Shown here in pieces: positions 10,744-10,789 of a stretch of 10,789 bases of DNA. The first letter of the stretch is position 1. Every line of letters starts with the position of its first letter. The notes beneath the pieces are model-generated. The model made no database searches, was not told the origin of the DNA, and saw nothing but the letters and a program-made list of their open reading frames with translations. Source of the DNA: Candidatus Woesearchaeota archaeon (GTDB lineage: Archaea; Nanobdellota; Nanobdellia; Pacearchaeales; GW2011-AR1); NCBI GenBank assembly GCA_964519415.1, contig CAZFJM010000002.1, positions 51,973 to 62,761 of the forward strand, given 5' to 3'. Position numbers and translations under genes: made by a program.

Positions 10744-10789
10744 CTTTAACCTCCAAAAAATAAGCAAATTCCAAATAATCCTTAGGACA
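10727..10789 (-). CDS. Possible 3' end of an upstream gene overlapping the start of pilin-like gene 2
   Basis: The minus-strand frame entering from the window edge reads CPKDYLEFAYFLEVKDVFKS and stops at TAA (10727-10729). It overlaps ATG 10743 by 17 nt. Only 20 codons are visible, so this is weak. Confidence 0.3.
   Translation of the reverse strand, partial: CPKDYLEFAYFLEVKDVFKS
10750..10754 (-). promoter_or_regulatory. Shine-Dalgarno site for pilin-like gene 2
   Basis: The minus strand reads GGAGG, then TTAAAG, then ATG (10743). A perfect core SD suggests this gene is internal to an operon that starts beyond the window. Confidence 0.6.

Noticed and set aside
10744-10767. The ORF-track start at 10767 for the last gene (MLIFWRLK...).
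   Set aside because: The codon at 10765-10767 is TTG, not ATG. ATG 10743 has a perfect GGAGG at 6-nt spacing and yields a class III-like N-terminus. That frame remains open to the window edge, so a longer protein cannot be fully excluded.
1-10789. Scan for tRNA, rRNA, CRISPR repeats, transposase or integrase genes, and terminal inverted repeats.
   Set aside because: No GC-rich structured segments stand out against the AT-rich background. There are no regularly spaced direct repeats outside coding low-complexity tracts, and no recombinase-like ORFs. All intergenic gaps are 158 nt or shorter and are accounted for by promoter and terminator signals.

Overview
This is an AT-rich, very gene-dense window that I read as archaeal chromosome, possibly a small-genome DPANN-like lineage. 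No rRNA, tRNA, CRISPR array or mobile element is visible. Three things support Archaea. First, the window opens with the 3' end of a flap endonuclease FEN1 gene ending in a PIP box (QKGLHEFW). Second, most first-in-unit genes have a BRE/TATA-like box (consensus AAAGATTTAAATA) ending 19-22 nt upstream of the ATG (27 nt for the helicase), which implies leaderless or near-leaderless mRNAs. Third, two proteins carry class III (type IV pilin-like) signal peptides. The housekeeping-type genes are FEN1 (partial), a CX5R cysteine phosphatase, and an SF1 UvrD/PcrA-like helicase with an extra N-terminal winged-helix-like domain. The rest of the window encodes predicted envelope or surface proteins. These include a cadherin-like, heavily N-glycosylatable adhesin with a C-terminal membrane anchor, co-transcribed with a small secreted protein. 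There is also a lysine-rich coiled-coil protein with three C-terminal amphipathic repeats, paired with a 3-TM membrane protein. The remainder are a membrane-anchored protein with two twin-CX3C modules, a vWA/MIDAS surface glycoprotein with an Asn/Thr-rich stalk, and two pilin-like precursors. The best candidate for a new system is the block at 7347-10789. It combines pilin-like genes, a vWA adhesin and a disulfide-rich protein, and looks like an adhesive pilus or cell-contact module. It shares a TGTTGTCA promoter-proximal box with the other minus-strand surface-protein units. All functional calls come from motifs read by eye; no searches were run.
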